A DNA stretch of 62,806 nt, taken from contig NC_068981.1 in NCBI RefSeq assembly GCF_001194135.2, forward strand, positions 186,050,502-186,113,307, written 5' to 3'. The translations under genes were made by a program, and so were the position numbers. This DNA is from Octopus bimaculoides (Eukaryota). Below the pieces are notes generated by a model, which saw only the letters and a list, made by a program, of their open reading frames with translations, did not search any database and was not told the origin of the DNA. Positions 26,255 through 40,534 of this stretch are shown here, piece by piece (position 1 is the first letter of the stretch; each line of letters starts with the position of its first letter).

Positions 26255-26555
26255 CGTATGTATGTCTCTTCTGTTTTTTAATTATTATAAATCTTCCACT
26301 GAGGAGGGAACCGGTTTCCAACAACGATAAAAGGCTCAATCTTTGGGATGTAGTTAAGACAGACAAATTCACATTCGGAACTTGAGAAAAGTCTTGCATA
26401 TTTTTATCGTTTCACTGAAAGATTGCACTTGTCATGTACGAATCGGCCGGTCGATTTCTCTTTCTGAAAATCCCAGTTTATCCAGATTCTCCTTTAAGCA
26501 TTTACTAACGAAATCTGATGTTCCAATTATTATTGTTGTGAGTAAGAATTCATAG
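26255..26555 (-). mobile_element. RLE-type LINE 3' fragment between GTAT/GTCT repeats
   Basis: Reverse frame ...IIIGTSDFVSKCLKENLDKLGFSEREIDRPIRT; closely matches 54170-54480 including the 3' UTR aaatcttccactgaggaggga. Confidence 0.87.
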
Positions 26556-26904
26556 TCTGTCTGTCTGTCTGTCTGTATGTATGTATGTATGTCTGTATGT
26601 ATGTATGTATGTATGTCTGTATGTATGTATGTATGTAGGTGCGTGTGTGTGGTGTGTGTGTGTGGTGTGTGTGTGTGGTGTGTGTGCGCGCGCGTGTTCA
26701 TTTACTTAACAACTGAATCCACGTGATATGTATTATCTTGTCAAAAGGCCCGAGTTGGTAGAATCAATTCAACGCTAAAGAGAACGCATTGCGCTCCAAA
26801 ATATTGCGACCCTTATATTTGGTTTTTCAACTTTTCAGGGTCGACAATTACAAGACCGTTTGATTAACCCTGCACAAACAGTAGGCGTAACGTGAAATGA
26901 AATC

Positions 26905-26944
<40 letters not shown>

Positions 26945-28011
26945 GTATTGAGCCTTTAGTTCACTGCTTCTTATGGCAGGAATAGTTAAAGCCAGTGAAG
27001 TTAATTACGTAATTCCTGTCCCCTTGGCATTCGTTAATTAATGTTACGCTCTGCACTCGCATAAACGTGTTACTCTATAGGATAAGTATATTGAGTTCTA
27101 ACAACCTCTGTGCCAAAGCGAAATTACAATACATCTATGGATATATAAGTTTATGTGTGTGTGTATGTATGAGTATATGTATGCGTGTGCGTTTATGGGT
27201 ATGTAGAGAGTGAGAAAAAAGAAAAGAAAAGTGAGACGGATAGCGAAAGAAAGAAATAGACAGACAAAGAGGGAGTGAGAATGTGAGGGATTGAGAGAAA
27301 GTGAGTGGGCACTTAGCAAGTGGCAGGTTGATTTATTATAATCACTTAACAGCTAACAGCCTCTTCCTGGTTAATAAATTCATCCGTGTTATATTGACCG
27401 AAGTTTATTATTAGTAACACATAAGAACAATGGACTATCAGAATCGGTACAATTGCGGAGCAAATGTGTTGCGCTGTCACTTACTATCCGTTATGTTCGG
27501 AGTTCCAATCTCAAAGATGTTGATTAAGAATCGGTTTAATTCTGGTTTTATATAGTGTCTCGGTTTTAAAGCCTTATGCTGTGGATTGAGACGGTTCGGG
27601 GCAGTTGTTTGGACGCAGACGATTTGGCAAACTGAGTAGACTTTCAATATGTTTTAGCGACAGTTATTTTGGTTAGAGGACGCAAACACACATTTCACAC
27701 ACACACACAAATATACGCGCGCATGTGGAGAAATATACGCATACAGACAGAAAGTGCAAAGGAGAATAGAAAGAGAGAGATATGGGGGAGACAGATTACG
27801 TTTTATCAATTGAACGAGAATGACGTGAATACCTTCTCTCTTCTTCTACGCATAAAGAGAAATAATGCTTCCACATATGAATAGACAGAGGGGGAAACAG
27901 CGGAGGGAGGAGAGTAGAAGACAAGGGTGAAAGAACGACAGAGACATTGAAACGGCTGATGTCCTATAGGTCCGCGTTGAGTCAGTGATGCCTAATCGGC
28001 GTCGCCAAAAC

Positions 28012-28043
28012 TGCTGTGCCATAAACATTCCACACCCTTTATA
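28012..28043 (-). promoter_or_regulatory. Candidate TATA + Inr core promoter (minus strand)
   Basis: On -, TATAAAG starts at 28043 and an Inr-like GCA(+1)GTTT has its A at 28012 (31 nt); AP-1 heptamer TGAGTCA at 27978-27984; donor aag|gtattc near 27833. Motif evidence only. Confidence 0.3.
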
Positions 28044-28102
28044 CTGATATTAGAATTCAATTTTTGATGCAGATATGTGATATCGTCGTGCTAATGTATA
28101 AA

Positions 28103-28361
28103 CTATAACAAACAGAGAAGTATGTTGGATATGTACTTTCTACTGTTGTTATTGTAATTCTTCCGAGTTATCTTCTGTGCGGGTCTGCATGTAGCCACTT
28201 GGCCTCCTAGTATAGCTGTCAACATTTCCTCAGCTATCATCACGCAGTCATACCGACGGATTGCTTTAGATAATGCGGTCCCAAGGTCACTGCACATCAG
28301 TAAAAGGCAAGATGAGCAGCGCGAAAGTGTTCCCAACATAGAGCTTCTGAATCAGAGTTGA
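28103..28361. other. GC-elevated unique island with long open frames on both strands (unassigned)
   Basis: Minus: 78-aa ORF 28339-28103 behind a strong acceptor (tttttatggtttatccccag). Plus: 28122-28361 reads MLDMYFLLLLL*FFRVIFCAGL...SYRRIALDNAVPRSLHISKRQDEQRESVPNIELLNQS* with one internal stop. Confidence 0.3.
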
Positions 28362-29574
28362 GCTGGGGATAAACCATAAAAACTATGATATGAATGTCTA
28401 ACTAATGAGTCTCTACATTGAATTTATAATCGCTGAATGATTTCAGATGAATGTTCATTGGTCAGAAAATCGGACACTCACTAATTGTACAAAATATCTT
28501 TTCAACATTATGAAAACTGAACTACTAAGGAAATACACACACAATTGCTGCGTGTATATATATATACATATATANNNNNNNNNNNNNNNNNNNNNNNNNN
28601 NNNNNNNNNNNNNNNNNNNNNNNNNNNNNNNNNNNNNNNNNNNNNNNNNNNNNNNNNNNNNNNNNNNNNNNNNNNNNNNNNNNNNNNNNNNNNNNNNNNN
28701 NNNNNNNNNNNNNNNNNNNNNNNNNNNNNNNNNNNNNNNNNNNNNNNNNNNNNNNNNNNNNNNNNNNNNNNNNNNNNNNNNNNNNNNNNNNNNNNNNNNN
28801 NNNNNNNNNNNNNNNNNNNNNNNNNNNNNNNNNNNNNNNNNNNNNNNNNNNNNNNNNNNNNNNNNNNNNNNNNNNNNNNNNNNNNNNNNNNNNNNNNNNN
28901 NNNNNNNNNNNNNNNNNNNNNNNNNNNNNNNNNNNNNNNNNNNNNNNNNNNNNNNNNNNNNNNNNNNNNNNNNNNNNNNNNNNNNNNNNNNNNNNNNNNN
29001 NNNNNNNNNNNNNNNNNNNNNNNNNNNNNNNNNNNNNNNNNNNNNNNNNNNNNNNNNNNNNNNNNNNNNNNNNNNNNNNNNNNNNNNNNNNNNNNNNNNN
29101 NNNNNNNNNNNNNNNNNNNNNNNNNNNNNNNNNNNNNNNNNNNNNNNNNNNNNNNNNNNNNNNNNNNNNNNNNNNNNNNNNNNNNNNNNNNNNNNNNNNN
29201 NNNNNNNNNNNNNNNNNNNNNNNNNNNNNNNNNNNNNNNNNNNNNNNNNNNNNNNNNNTAGTGATACAAATTTATGTTTTATATAATTATGTTCATTCAC
29301 CAGTTTTACTGTAAATATATTAGTATTTGTTTCCACAAGGTGAGTTTTATCCACGCAAAATTGAAAAGAGAATCACATATTCCTGAAGAGTTATGTGTGG
29401 GAAAAGTTTTTGGATAACGAAGCAATGTGGATAAATAACATTCGAGTACCAAAAGCGAAGTAAAATATATTTATTTCCGTCTACAGAAACGCTGAGAGGT
29501 TTACGTCACTGCTCATCAGTCGCTTTAGCGTTTATCGGTCATAAATATTTCAGCTTTATGTTTGTCTAGGAATT

Positions 29575-29800
29575 TGGTCTTCTAGCTTCACAACACCCAG
29601 CCGCCATGCTCTTCCATATTTTCTCTCTTTGGTGAGGGTTGGAGCTTGAAATCATTTTCTGCCAGAGCTTCGAACGTTTTCTTTGACATACTCTTTGGTC
29701 TCTTCCCACCAGCTAATAACCATCTCATTGCAGTTCTTACTAGTACATAGTGTCCCATTCGTAGGACGAGTCCTGTCAGTTGCATTCTCCGGCCTTCGTC
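29575..29800 (-). mobile_element. Degenerate Tx1/L1-like ORF2 fragment (EN-RT linker)
   Basis: Reverse frame MVISWWEETKEYVKENVRSSGRK*FQA...RLGVVKLEDQI resembles the WWExxKxxIK..xR...LE linker that follows the APE domain in L1/Tx1 elements. Confidence 0.45.
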
Positions 29801-29823
29801 TTGTCTGTATGTCTGTATGTATG

Positions 29824-29861
<38 letters not shown>

Positions 29862-29864
29862 GGG

Positions 29865-30000
29865 ATTCTTCCAGTTTCCGTTCACCAAATCCCCTCAACA
29901 TTTTTGGTCGGACCGAGACCATAGTAGAATACACAGCGGGATTGAACCAGTCACCATGTGGTTAGGAAGCAAGTATCTTACCGTATAGCCACGCCTGCAC
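29865..30000 (-). mobile_element. SINE-A 5' half
   Basis: ...gggattgaaccagtcaccatgtggttaggaagcaagtatcttaccgtatagccacgcctgc, the reverse complement of the tRNA-like head. Confidence 0.82.
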
Positions 30001-30001
30001 C

Positions 30002-30080
<79 letters not shown>

Positions 30081-31261
30081 GTGAGCGTGTGTGTTTATAT
30101 ATATGCACTTACATATGTTTGTGCGTGTGTGTATACACTCATATATATATACGTGTGTGCATATACAGACACATATACATACATATATGCATGCTTTCAT
30201 GCATATATACATACACACGTACGCACATATTCAGTAACCAGCATACACGTGCATGCGGGAGTGTGTTTTTGTTTGTACATAGATGGGTGTGAGTGCATAA
30301 TGAATATGTAAATATTTTGTGTCTGTGAGTATATACAAGAGAATCGCTTTTAAAGGAGGTGTATAGAAATTAAATATATAAAAATACTTTAAACACCAAC
30401 AAAAATAGGGTAGGTTAAGAAAAGAAACATGTGCTATTTTCTCTGAGATTAAGTAGAACAATTAGCTAAGGGAAAACGAGCAAACAATCAATTAACGACC
30501 AGTTTTGTGTCGCATCGAAATTATAGAGAGCAGACTTGTCTAACTATTTATGTATATCTCTTGTATACACATCAATACACATACAAACGCATGAACGTAT
30601 GGATACGCAATGATGTAGTGCTCGCGTGGGGGCGTTTACGATAGATTATGAATATTTAATTATGCAATTGCGTGTTGCATATGGATGTTCTCGAATAAGT
30701 ATTATGATTGCTAATTACGAGCCTACAATCAGAAAGAGAAAAAATAACACTCAGAAATAAATTTTAAATCCGGTTTTTCTTGTATTTTTCTCTCTCTCGC
30801 GCTCTCTAACTCTCTCTTTCTTTGGGGCTGTTAAGTGTAAATCAACACCAAATCAGGGTGATTGGAAATACGTTACAACGATTATAACCGATAAATAAAC
30901 AATAATACGAGCGATAATGGTATAAAATTATTCCACTTCGTTTAAGGTTTTTCTTGTTTTGTTTTTCACGCTTTGCTTTCCACGATATTTTATGATTTTT
31001 GAAAAGTCGCCGACCAATTGTAACCGGTGTTGGGAGACTCGGTAAAAGCAATGCATTCCGGTACTTGTTCCTTTTTTTTTTAAATTTTTTATTTTATCAT
31101 GAGTTCAAATCTTGCCGAGATAAAATTTGCCTTTCATCTATCCGAGATTGATAAAATAAGGCACCGATCAAGTGCTGTAGTAGACTTCAACGACTAACAT
31201 CTGTTCAAAATTTCTGGCTTCGTTACTCAATTGGAAATTATTATTATTATTATTATTTTTA

Positions 31262-31393
31262 TTCAGTAGTCTTATTTTTATAACGTCCTTTCACTTCACT
31301 ACCGAGTGCAGCTCTGTGTGCCTTGGGTATGTGCCTTGGGTATGTGCCTTGGGTATGTGCCTTGGGTATGTGCCTTGGGTATGTACCTTGGGT
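31262..31393 (-). mobile_element. Dong-like LINE 3' UTR ending in a 13-bp minisatellite (GTGCCTTGGGTAT)n
   Basis: ttcagtagtcttatttttataacg...tcacttcactaccgagtgcagctctgtgtgcc matches the reverse complement of 890-951; five full units plus a partial unit at 31318-31393, running into an N gap and then (ATT)n. Confidence 0.9.
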
Positions 31394-31424
31394 NNNNNNN
31401 NNNNNNNNNNNNNNNNNNNNNNNN

Positions 31425-31501
<77 letters not shown>

Positions 31502-31522
31502 CATCATTATTATTATTATTAT

Positions 31523-32890
31523 TTATGGCTTCCTTTCATCATAACTTTATTTCAGCTGCCTTAGTACCGAGCATCCTTCGGCGTCCAAGAGTAGCAAGGG
31601 CACTTTTGTGTTGCTATGCATGCTCAAATGATCACCACATTTATTCCATTTTAGACGGAGAGTGCTTTCCGTAGTATATGGGCTATACCCATCAAGGTTA
31701 TCTTTTCTAGCTCACAGAAATTATAGTTTCCAGGGAGTTGCTTAATATACTTCTCAGCTCCCTTTTTTATCATTCTCAACCCACCAATTACCACTGGTAT
31801 TATCGTAGTACTAAGCTTCCACAGTTTTGTAATTTCAACTTGCAGATCTTTATAGTGGAAAAGCTGTTCGTGTTCCTTTCTTGAGACATTTTGATCTTAT
31901 GTGACAGACATATCTATTAGCAGACAATTTCCTCTGTTGTTGTCATTGATCCCAATATCTGGTCGATTGGAGTCAATTTTTCTGTCTGTATTGGGATTTA
32001 ATTTTGTAGTATTTACAAGCATTCCAGTGAATGTACTGCCCTAGTCTGTCATGCCTTATGAGTTACTCCTTTTCAGCGAGGACTGGGCCACCAGAAAGAA
32101 CATAATCAATTGTCTCTGTGAATTTTCCGCAAATTCTGCAAGAGGGGTCAGATCCATATTTAAGGACGTTTGCATGGTAGTTTCTGGTAGGTAAGCTCTG
32201 ATCTTGCACTGCAATAACAAAACCGTCTATGTCCTCTTTCAGATCTGTCTCTTGTAGCAATTAGTGTGTTATATTTTGATCAATATTTGGCTTGGACAGG
32301 CGTTTAGGGTATTTTTCATGCAGTAGTTTACCTTTCCAGTTGTCTTCGATATTATTCATGCAAACGTCTTTGCTTTTTGTTTGATTTTTGCATCAATGAT
32401 AGGTTGGTCACTATTTTGATCACTTTGGTCCTTCTGATTGTTAATTTCTAAATCAGGAGAAACACTGGTAGGTCTGTCAGTATTTGGGTGTCTTTGGTTA
32501 TTCTTATTGGTAACATGTAGGCACAGAGATTTTATAAATTTCTGACCAAGCTTCATGATTGAAGCTTGCTTGAAATCATCATGCTTCAGTGCAATTAGTA
32601 AGAGCACATCACTTGTTTTATTAAGGTACGTTTCAAAGCCTATTGCTGATTTGAAGGATTGTGCGAGCTGTATCAGGCCTCTTCTACCTATTTTTGGGGA
32701 GATAAATCCTGTCTACATCTGATTTTGGATGGTGCATTCGGTACCTTGTAAAGATTCTATTGATCGTTCCATCCATATTCTGCATGTCAGTGAGACTCCA
32801 CTTAATGATATTATTATTGAATGAGAGAGCAGTGCATACCAACAAAGTGACACTGGGGTAAAATATACCTATCATGACTACCCGTCTGAT
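31523..32890 (-). mobile_element. Degenerate R4/Dong-like LINE, 3' ~1.4 kb (post-RT region, CCHC knuckle, RLE)
   Basis: Reverse frames give RMHHPKSDVDRIYLPK, DGFVIAVQDQSLPTRNY, CRICGKFTETIDYVLSG and LMGIAHILRKALSV*; an (ATT)n tail abuts at 31523. Confidence 0.88.
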
Positions 32891-32904
32891 CAGTGTACAC
32901 AAGA

Positions 32905-33355
32905 CACATGCATAACAATTATTTGCGCGACATGGTGATATCATATCAAGATAAACGGCGCATGATCTTTCAGGTAGGGCCCAGTCAGAATTTTCTTCAG
33001 GTTGAGTAGCCCATCCCGTTCAAAAGGCCCGTGCATAAGGATTGTTTCAGTATGTTGAACAAAACACCCATGTTTCTAAAAGTAAATTATCGAAACCCCC
33101 AAAGAATTCCTCTCAATACATGGCTACGATGCATCCTCACTACTTCTGCTCGTGATCAGAGATCCACATATCGTCAGCCACCAAGGAACATGCTCAACTG
33201 GTTAAAGTCAAACAACTGACAAGCAAATCTGGTATTGAGCAGAATATTTGTTGTAACCCATCTTTTATACCAAGACAAAACAATGTCCATGATAACACTT
33301 CCAGTCAATTAAGATCAGAATCCATGAGAGCCACTGCCTGGTACTGCGTCAGGGA
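32905..33355. repeat. Unclassified dispersed repeat (SINE-like or LINE UTR), copy 1
   Basis: Colinear with 57690-58032 (gcgcgacat..catatcaagataaac...aaaacacccatgttt...tgatcagagat.cacatatcg...actgacaagcaaat...cagaatatttg). Confidence 0.85.
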
Positions 33356-33359
33356 ATTA

Positions 33360-33466
<107 letters not shown>

Positions 33467-33469
33467 CCT

Positions 33470-33830
33470 TTTTCAGCAGGCGTAATATTGAGAACATCCA
33501 TTGTACTACTAAGTAAAGCTCAATATGCAATATTTTATGTTCAGCTTTAATTTTTTTGGATAGCTTGTGTACTTTCTATTGTATTAAACTCTGCGCTTCC
33601 TGTGTGCAGTGTCCAGTAATGTTATTTTCTACTTATTGTTATCTCTGTCTCTGTTACATAGTTTTGAATATGTATTTGTTGTTTTGATTGATAAGCATTC
33701 TCAAGACACCTATTATTATAGGGATCGCTTTTCTTTTATCTGTCAACACTGAATAATTCTGCTTTCAGATCTTATATTTGGATAATTTTTTCATTTCGTT
33801 TAGATATATTGTTGTTGTTAATATTATTTT
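33470..33830 (-). mobile_element. Highly decayed Dong-like LINE 3' fragment
   Basis: Frameshifted reverse translation contains EMKKLSKYK, IPIIIGVL and ITLLDTAHRKR; adjoins an (ATT)n(AGT)n tract. Confidence 0.65.
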
Positions 33831-34434
33831 CTTCATCATTACTAACTGCGGGCTTATTTTCATATCATTTGCCAAGTTTCTGGATACTACCAGCTGAAAC
33901 TATGCAGAGGAGTAATTTTTGAATTTACTTCCTTAAAGCGAATGCAGGGGAGGGAGCTTTCGTCAAACTATATGGCTCCTCTTTTAGATGCTCTAAAGAA
34001 GAAAAATACCCGTTTTCAAACAGGTATTTTTGGGTGTGGAGTGGGGTTTACATATTTGCCTACTCCCACAAATAAAACTATATGACTGCTGAATCGTCCA
34101 CATTATCAAAAATAATGCATCTGATAGAAATCTACAGTGTGTAGCGACATGAAACCAAAGAAAGCAACAAAAATATTTCACACCAAGTTCCACATACTTA
34201 AAATACATGAATGATAATTTTATATACAATATCAATAATGTCAACAATTCCAACGACACGTTTGGAAATAGCTGTACCACAAACAACAACAATACACACA
34301 CGCTTCTATATCTCTCTCCATATATATGGGTGTGAGTGTGTGTTTGTGTGTGTATGTGTGTTTGTGTGCAAGCGTGTCTATGTGTGTGCATGTATACGCA
34401 GATATTTCTGTAGTTTTAATATTAGCATGAAATA

Positions 34435-36325
<1,891 letters not shown>

Positions 36326-37484
36326 ATTATTATTATTATTATTATTATTAATAACGAAAATTTTATCGTCCGTGTTAGGTTATTGCAACTGCTTTCTAGA
36401 TATTATTGTAAATCGTTTCTTTTCCCTTAATTGATTCATATCCAGATTTGTATTGCAGCTATATAATAGACTCTCGTTGACGATAAGACATTCTAGTGGG
36501 TAATTTTATTGTTTTTTTTCTCTTGTTTATATTTTTGCAATTGTATTGTAATTCTCGAGTTTGTTGAAGAAGAGATATAGATGTGTTTTATGTAACGAGC
36601 TTTTACTGTTTGTTGAGAAAACACTATCGTTGTATTAAAGTTACTGCAGAAATATTTCTATTATTAGGTTTAGCTGAAATCATGTGAAAAAAATAATTTT
36701 CTGTGTTATGAATAATGGTCTGATGCTAGTAGAATAAAGATACTCCTTTTATAGTGCTAAGAGGACAATACTTTTACACTGATATGGAACAGACTGGTCA
36801 CAGATATTCAATCTCTCATATGAAACTCTCAGAAATCTCACAGTTGTTTTTCCACCTACACAAAATATAATGAATAGATATAAGAGTCTTATACAACGGT
36901 TACTCGATAGACAATTATGAAGTGAACCCACGCATAATCTTCTAATACTTTCCTCCATTCAGCATCTTAAATCTATCTTATATCAAACTGCAAACTTTTG
37001 ACGCGATTTGCGCAGAGGATGTTTGTTGATATTTGAAACTTTACCAATGATTTGATAATAATTAAAGTTTGTTTTCTTTGTCTAATGACTGTCTCAACTG
37101 TATACTCAGAAAGTTGTTTTCAGTGTCTTTCCGCTTGGTTGTTGTAGATTATAAAAGCACAAATATATTAGCAGTCATCCACTTATGCATATATAAATAC
37201 TTAAGAGCGGAGGAATATAGCTTGTATCTTTAGCTTAATCGTGTCCGTATAATAATACTACTACAAATAATAATGATAATGATAATAATAATAACAGTTA
37301 TATATATATATATATATATTCCATTTAAAAGAAAATGGAGATAACCATCCCTTCATAAACGCTACCAGTACATTCTCAAACTTTCATTCATATCACAAAA
37401 CCCCTTCGAATGAGTAACACAGAATCCACGGTAGTATACTATTTTCCAGATTAAAGTTAATTCTGGGTAAATATGTCATTATTC

Positions 37485-37990
37485 AACTTATTTGAAGATT
37501 TCTTGCCAATACAGAAAGAACCGGTTTCTAACTTAGAACCAAAGTTCCTTCATTGGAATTTCAACATCAACAACAGGGTATGATTCTTAGTATGTAATGT
37601 ATGTTATCAATCAGTTTCATTTCTGTATTTCTTGTCCATAGAGAATGAGCCGGACTCTAGCATTGGAACTTTTATCAACATCATTTAGGTATGTGTGCAT
37701 ATGTGTGTGTGTGCAGTATTTGGTGTTAGTGTATGCGCAGATGTGTATGTTTGTTTTATGGATGTGTTTTTATGTCTAGATGCATGCATATGTATTTATG
37801 TGCTAAATTTTTGGAAAGTTTTACATATCTTTACAGTTCCATTGATGGCTTGAATCTGTAGTCTTCTAATCAGCCTTTTTCTTTCAGGTTTTGAGAACCG
37901 TATTTATGTATGTATGTATGTATGTGCAGACTTGGATGTTTTATGTATGTATTCTCATGCATATAGTTGCATATCTAGACATGCTTATGC
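37485..37990 (-). mobile_element. Rearranged 3'-end pieces of a (TACA)n-associated RLE LINE family
   Basis: aagatttcttgccaata.agaaagaac.ggtttcta and tttacagttcca.t.atgg..tg.atctgtagtcttc are shared with 58105-58440; reverse frame ...RRLQIQSITGTV.IC. Confidence 0.7.
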
Positions 37991-38948
37991 ATATATATAA
38001 ATGATANNNNNNNNNNNNNNNNNNNNNNNNNNNNNNNNNNNNNNNNNNNNNNNNNNNNNNNNNNNNNNNNNNNNNNNNNNNNNNNNNNNNNNNNNNNNNN
38101 NNNNNNNNNNNNNNNNNNNNNNNNNNNNNNNNNNNNNNNNNNNNNNNNNNNNNNNNNNNNNNNNNNNNNNNNNNNNNNNNNNNNNNNNNNNNNNNNNNNN
38201 NNNNNNNNNNNNNNNNNNNNNNNNNNNNNNNNNNNNNNNNNNNNNNNNNNNNNNNNNNNNNNNNNNNNNNNNNNNNNNNNNNNNNNNNNNNNNNNNNNNN
38301 NNNNNNNNNNNNNNNNNNNNNNNNNNNNNNNNNNNNNNNNNNNNNNNNNNNNNNNNNNNNNNNNNNNNNNNNAGCTAATTGCCACAACTGTGCACAGTTT
38401 CTCTTCTCTACCCCAAATCATTATATCAGGTCTGTTGTGCTTACATTATATTGATGTCTTCCATGTATGTATGCATCAATGCATGATGGTATGTATGTAT
38501 GTATGTATGTATGAATGTACATACGTACATGTGTGTATGTATATATACATATATACATATATAGATAGATACATTCATACATACATATACATATTTAACC
38601 GTCCCTGAGAAGTATGAATGGGCGGTTTGCAAAAGGCCTGAACCAATATAGTCATCAGCAGTAAGATAATAATCATTTGCAGCTTAGTTGGCTTAAAAAT
38701 ACGTGAAATGGTGTATCATGCTCAAGGAAACAAGTCACAGCATTGCCTAGGAATCGGCCTAATTATATTGTGATCTTAATCCCACCATTCTAACTACTAG
38801 GCCAGGCTCCTTGGTGCATACACAGCCAGCGTTTTAGCTATTATCTATCGCAATGTAGGTGTTTTCTAACACCCCAATCGCCTTAAGTGACATTTGTAAT
38901 ACTCCTTTCTGGTGAAACATTGCAAACTGCTGTTCATAATAAATTCAA

Positions 38949-39013
<65 letters not shown>

Positions 39014-39640
39014 TGTGTGTGTGTACACCCACATGCACACGCAGACAAAGGGGCATGCACACAGATAGTGTGGGCGTTACATTTACAGTATAGCGTATCA
39101 AAGTTTCGTTTAGCTTTGTTTCTAGCCTATTGTTAGATGACGCCATTTTAAAAGAATATTATATAAGTAAAACAATAGTATTTCATGATATCGCTGAGTT
39201 ATTGAAAACATAAATGACTAGCTATCCCTTATTTGATATACGTTCTCTCCTTCTCCTGAATAATATCGATGATATAGTTTGTAATGAAAATTATCCATAA
39301 TTTCAAATATTTCATTATATCTTGTTAATTATGGTTCATTTACGTAAAAGCAGAAGAATTAACTGAGAAGACTAAATTTGACATCCCGTTAATTATTTCT
39401 ATAATGTATGCTCAATTATTTGTAGTTCTTTATACGCAATCATTCAGTTAACATTTTTGTGCTTCATAAGAATTCAGAAAGTTCGAGAGAATTAATACTT
39501 TTTTTTTTCTACGGAGGAACTGGAAGTGGATAAATCTATGAATAATAACGTGTAATTATTGGGTTTAAATACCTTATGGATAGAATGAAGTCTAAAGACA
39601 GCCTTCGTCTTTCAAACGGATTTTAACCCAGTAGTTACAC

Positions 39641-39963
39641 TGGTGGTTCTCATCTGGGGTCCCTGGGGTCCACATAAGATTTTTGGGGTACATACATCAA
39701 AATAAGAAATTGGGGATCCACAGTAATATTTCACGCGTACATGGAAAAATTTTGCTTTAGCTATAAGTATTGATATATATTGCAAGAAACAGCCAAGTTT
39801 CTTTCTCTAACATCTTACATTGTACAATTTACACAAGTAAATGTGTGAAAAGCAAAATAGGCATTTTGAAAGAAGTATGTATAAAACTATGGTGGTGGGG
39901 GGTCCACCAGAATAAAATAGTAACCAAAGGGGTCCATGGATAAAAAGTGGTTGGGAACCCCTG
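39641..39963. mobile_element. hAT (Charlie-like) MITE, 323 bp
   Basis: Ends tggtggttctca / ggttgggaacccctg (CAGGGGTTCCCAA-type TIR), subterminal ggggtcc repeats, and a degenerate 8-bp TSD agttacac (39633-39640) / atttatac (39964-39971). Confidence 0.82.
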
Positions 39964-39987
39964 ATTTATACATTATTATATATATAG

Positions 39988-40068
39988 CTTTATCCACTTC
40001 GAATTCAAAATCGAATTGTTCTTCTCTGTTGAGCGAAATTGAAAAACTACTATTTGCAATTCGTAATG
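39988..40068 (+). CDS. Candidate internal coding exon (81 nt, phase 1-1): (A)LSTSNSKSNCSSLLSEIEKLLFAIRN
   Basis: tatag|ct acceptor, aatg|gtacgc donor (moderate); completes a signal peptide when joined to 17424-17472 and starts a heptad pattern continued by 59945-60034. Confidence 0.35.
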
Positions 40069-40534
40069 GTACGCTTGAAAACACATCAAGTACCATATGC
40101 CGGTCGATTATCATGTAGCATATTTTGGTGGAAGTATTCCTGTCAAATATTGATCTCTTATAATTATGTTTATTTGCAGCATTTAGCGAATACATACAAA
40201 ACGGTGACTACTTCAATATGAAAACAGAACGTGTTAGATCGGTCTAATATTTCTGGTGTATGTGCAATGACCGGTAAGAATCAGCTGACATAGAAATGAA
40301 CATATAGGAAAGCCAAATGTTTGCCGAACGTCACCATCACCTAGGAATCAACGTTTGTGATGTAGACATATAAGTGATTGGCAACACGTTATCACTGATA
40401 TTTTCTCACACTTATAATTTATAAACGAATTCTTCCGTGCTTCAACTTACATGACGACAACTTCTAAACTTGTAATAGGACAGAGCTTTAGTCACTGTTG
40501 TTTCTCTTATACAAATCTTCAGCCTCTCATTATT

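Noticed and set aside
29487-29537. 51-nt phase 1-1 exon candidate (ETLRGLRHCSSVALAFI)
   Set aside because: Weak donor (g|gtcata) and no supporting protein pattern; illustrates the false-positive rate of exon hunting by eye.
31318-31393. Short direct-repeat arrays as possible CRISPR
   Set aside because: No spacers, eukaryotic context and no cas genes.
33988-34023. 36-nt phase 1-1 micro-exon candidate (DALKKKNTRFQT)
   Set aside because: Good AG and GT sites, but including it would break the signal-peptide c-region of the main model; such short candidates arise by chance.
39887-40195. Minus-strand ORF with LNREEQFDFEFEV, resembling the cadherin LDRE motif
   Set aside because: Spacing to the upstream ID motif is wrong, there is no donor before the hAT MITE, and it overlaps the better-supported + strand candidate exon; kept only as an alternative.
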